Assembly: GCA_043808015.1 (NCBI GenBank)
Contig: JAZDFI010000008.1
Span: 1 to 64,000 of the forward strand
Length of the DNA stretch: 64,000 bases
Reading direction: 5' to 3'
Source of the DNA: Candidatus Aenigmatarchaeota archaeon
Lineage (GTDB): Archaea; Aenigmatarchaeota; Aenigmatarchaeia; QMZP01; QMZT01
This document shows, in pieces, positions 61,489 through 64,000 of this stretch. A model generated the notes under the pieces. The model did not search any database, was not told where the DNA came from, and saw nothing but the letters and a program-made list of their open reading frames with translations. Numbering within the stretch: the stretch's first letter is position 1; the number at the start of each line of letters is the position of its first letter. The position numbers and the translations under genes were made by a program.

Positions 61489-61521
61489 AAAGCCTTTTAG
61501 AAAAAGGCTTTAGCGAAAAAC
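61489..61521 (+). repeat. Short palindromic hairpin element AAAGCCTTTT-AGA-AAAAGGCTTT-AGCGAAAAAC
   Basis: A related copy with compensatory changes lies inside the tRNA-Gln anticodon intron (33702-33733, minus strand). Confidence 0.55.
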
Positions 61522-61974
61522 GAAAGCGCGAACAATGTATATAAAGACCTGGCAACAATAATTAGTTGCTCACGCTTACGGAAAACGCAGGTGATGTCTG
61601 CGGTTTCCAAAACAATGGCTATCCAAAGCTGTTCAGAGCTGTGTCGTATCCGTGACAGGGAATGGCATTGCAGTCGGAGGGTGGCGTACGCGAGTACGAT
61701 ATCTGTTTTTCTGGACAAGCTAGGGCTAGCGACAACCAAATCTCAATGTCACGGATCATGCTAACCACATTACACCGAACCGATTGCGGTTGATGCAAAC
61801 CCGCTTTCGGCATATGAAGCCTTTCAGCGAACGCTGATGGGTGGATTAGAGAGGAGCGATGAATATCATACAGTCACCTGAACGGACGCGCAAGCGCCTG
61901 TAATGACGAGGTGAACACCAATTGAGTTCCTTGATGATGAAACATTGGCGAGTTGTCCTGACAAAAAGGATCTG

Positions 61975-64000
61975 CTACGTTGTGTGGTGGATGGTTTGGT
62001 TCGAGGGCCGAAGAAGGACGTGGCAAGCTGCGATATGCCGGGGGTAGACGCAAGCAGTCTTTGAACTCCGGATCTCTCAATGAGACTTCTTAACTTCGGT
62101 TGTTGGCCTTCGGGTCATCGGTGACGCCCTGAATTGAAACATCTTAGTAGGGGCAGGAAAAGAGAACAATAGTTATTCCCTTAGTAGAGGCGATTGAAAA
62201 GGGAAGAGGACAAACCGAATCTTCTGGTGTAAGCCAGGAGAGATGTGGGGTTCGGACCTGTGCTCATCCTAACTTCTAAGTCCGAAGTGATCTGGAAAGA
62301 TCCACGGCAAAGGGTGATAGTCCCGTAGGAGGACAGAAGAAGGTTGATAGCGGGTATCCAGAGTACCAATGGTCGAAGATCCATTGGGAATACGGGAGCC
62401 AGTAACTCCTAATCCTAAATACACCTCGAGTCCGATAGCGCACAAGTACGGTGACGGAAAAATGAAAAGTATCCTTAATCGGAGATTAAAAGAGCCTGAA
62501 ACCATGCAACTATAGGTAGACATTGCTTCTGCTTTGCAGGAGTTTTGTCGCCCGTGCGGAAACACGCGTCAAGGAGTTTATTTTTGTGGCGAGGGTAATT
62601 CAAGTACCCATAGCGAAAGCGAGAACTGCGCAGCGGCTTCGTGCCGTCAGGCAGTCAGGTTTGAAAGAGCCTACAGTCACAAGGATAAGACCTGAAGCTA
62701 GTCGATCTAGCCCTTGGTAGGGTGAAGTCTGGCGAAAGCCAGATGGAGGCCCGGTAGAGATGCTGAGATTCAAATCGCTCACGTAACCTGGGGCTAGGAG
62801 TGAAATGCTAATCGAGATTAGCGATAGCTGGTTCCTCTCGAAATATGCCTCAGCATAGCCTGGTCGGAGATGGATGGCGGGGTATAGATACTGATTGGGC
62901 AACCAAGGACCGAAAGGTCCAGTTGTCCTGTCAAACTCGGAATCTACCATCATCGCAGAAGACCGGAGTGGGAGCGCCGGGGTAAGCTCGGTGTTCGAAA
63001 GGGCGAGAACCCAGCCTAAAATTAAGGTCCCTAAATTCAAGCTAAGTGATAAAAAGCGTCTTCAACCTTATACAATAGGGAAGTTGGCTCAGAAGCAGCC
63101 ACCTTTTAAAGAGTGCGTAATAGCTCACCTATCTAGGTTGTGGGCCTTGAAAATGGACGGGACTAAGCTTGGTACCGATATTTTAGATTCCTAAAAGGAA
63201 TATGGTAGAGAGGTGTCCTGCTAGGGCAGAAGTTCTCTCGTAAGAGGGAATGGACCTTGCAGGAATAAGAATCTTGATGATAGTAGCAGCAATAGTGAAG
63301 TGAGACACTTCACCACCTAAAGGGCAAGGGTTCCTCAGCAACGTTCGTCGACTGAGGGTTAGTCGGTCCTAAGGCAAGCCCCAATTGGAACTTGCCGAAA
63401 GGGAAGCAGGTTAATATTCCTGCACCATGAGAATACGAGTGGCGACACAAGTTCATTTCCTGACGCTTCTGGATAAATCGATCATTTCGGTGATTAACCG
63501 GTTAAACCTGTGGAGTACCGTAATGGTGAGAAACAGGCCAAGCCGGCAATAGCTGACGTATGTCAGTTCGGTTGACTTCAGGAGCCCGTGAAAAGGGAAA
63601 TGGAATGGATTTTTCATGTCCGTACCAAGAACCGTTACTGGTGCCCCTCGCTGAGAAGGCGAAGGTGTAATAGGAAAATTCAGGTCAAGGAATTCGGCAA
63701 AATCGCCCTGTACCTTTGGTATAAGGGGTGCCTAATCTTCTGGCTCAGCCAGAACGATTAGGTCTCAGTAACTAGTGGGTTGCGACTGTTTAACAAAAAC
63801 GTAGGGGGCTGCTAGGTGGAAACGCTTTGTATAGCTCTTGAGGCCTGCCCAGTGCCGGTGTGTTAAACTGGCTAAAACCAGCCAAGCCCCGGTAAACGGC
63901 GGCGGTAACTCTGACCGTCTTAAGGTAGCGTAATCCCTTGTCGATTAATTGTCGACCTGCATGAATGGCTTAACGACATCCCAACTGTCTTGATCTGAAG
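61975..64000 (+). rRNA. rrl: 23S rRNA (archaeal), 5' portion, runs off the window
   Basis: GGTGGATGG..GCCGAAGAAGGACGTG, GAATTGAAACATCTTAGTA, GATAGCTGGTTC, GTAAACGGCGGCGGTAACTCTGACCGTCTTAAGGTAGC; 5' boundary approximate. Confidence 0.95.

Noticed and set aside
61620-61860. RNase P or SRP RNA in the rRNA spacer
   Set aside because: No GAGGAAAGUCC P4 motif or SRP helix 8 motif recognisable.

Overview
A compact archaeal chromosome segment. The fused PriS-PriL primase, archaeal 16S/23S, BHB introns, several KaiC/RAD55 ATPases and a giant surface protein point to a DPANN archaeon, possibly Aenigmatarchaeota (inference). Housekeeping content: thrS, proS, aRF1, rpl3/rps11/rps4/rps13, ndk, adk, FEN1, ksgA, DRG, GGPP synthase, a pyrBI-D-K-C-E-F operon, a type IV pilus/Tad locus, a MacB-type ABC exporter, transporters, three intron-containing tRNAs and a 16S-tRNA(Ala)-23S operon. 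Main discoveries: (1) a four-gene module at 7579-11355 (long-chain acyl-CoA ligase, wHTH, V4R ligand-binding protein, divergent LuxI/FeeM-like GNAT acyltransferase) whose two promoters share a near-palindromic box 8 bp upstream of the TATA box, a candidate archaeal acyl-amide (quorum-sensing-like) circuit; (2) an unannotated leader peptide MNSGKTASETTTTTTTC with mutually exclusive hairpins upstream of thrS, i.e. a bacterial-style Thr attenuator; (3) two AT-rich free-standing LAGLIDADG genes that appear to have invaded thrS and tRNA-Gln and left displaced target remnants; (4) an aRF1 with GGWSQ instead of GGQ; (5) a 16S intron inside the 1492R primer site. All calls come from reading the sequence by eye; no database searches were run.
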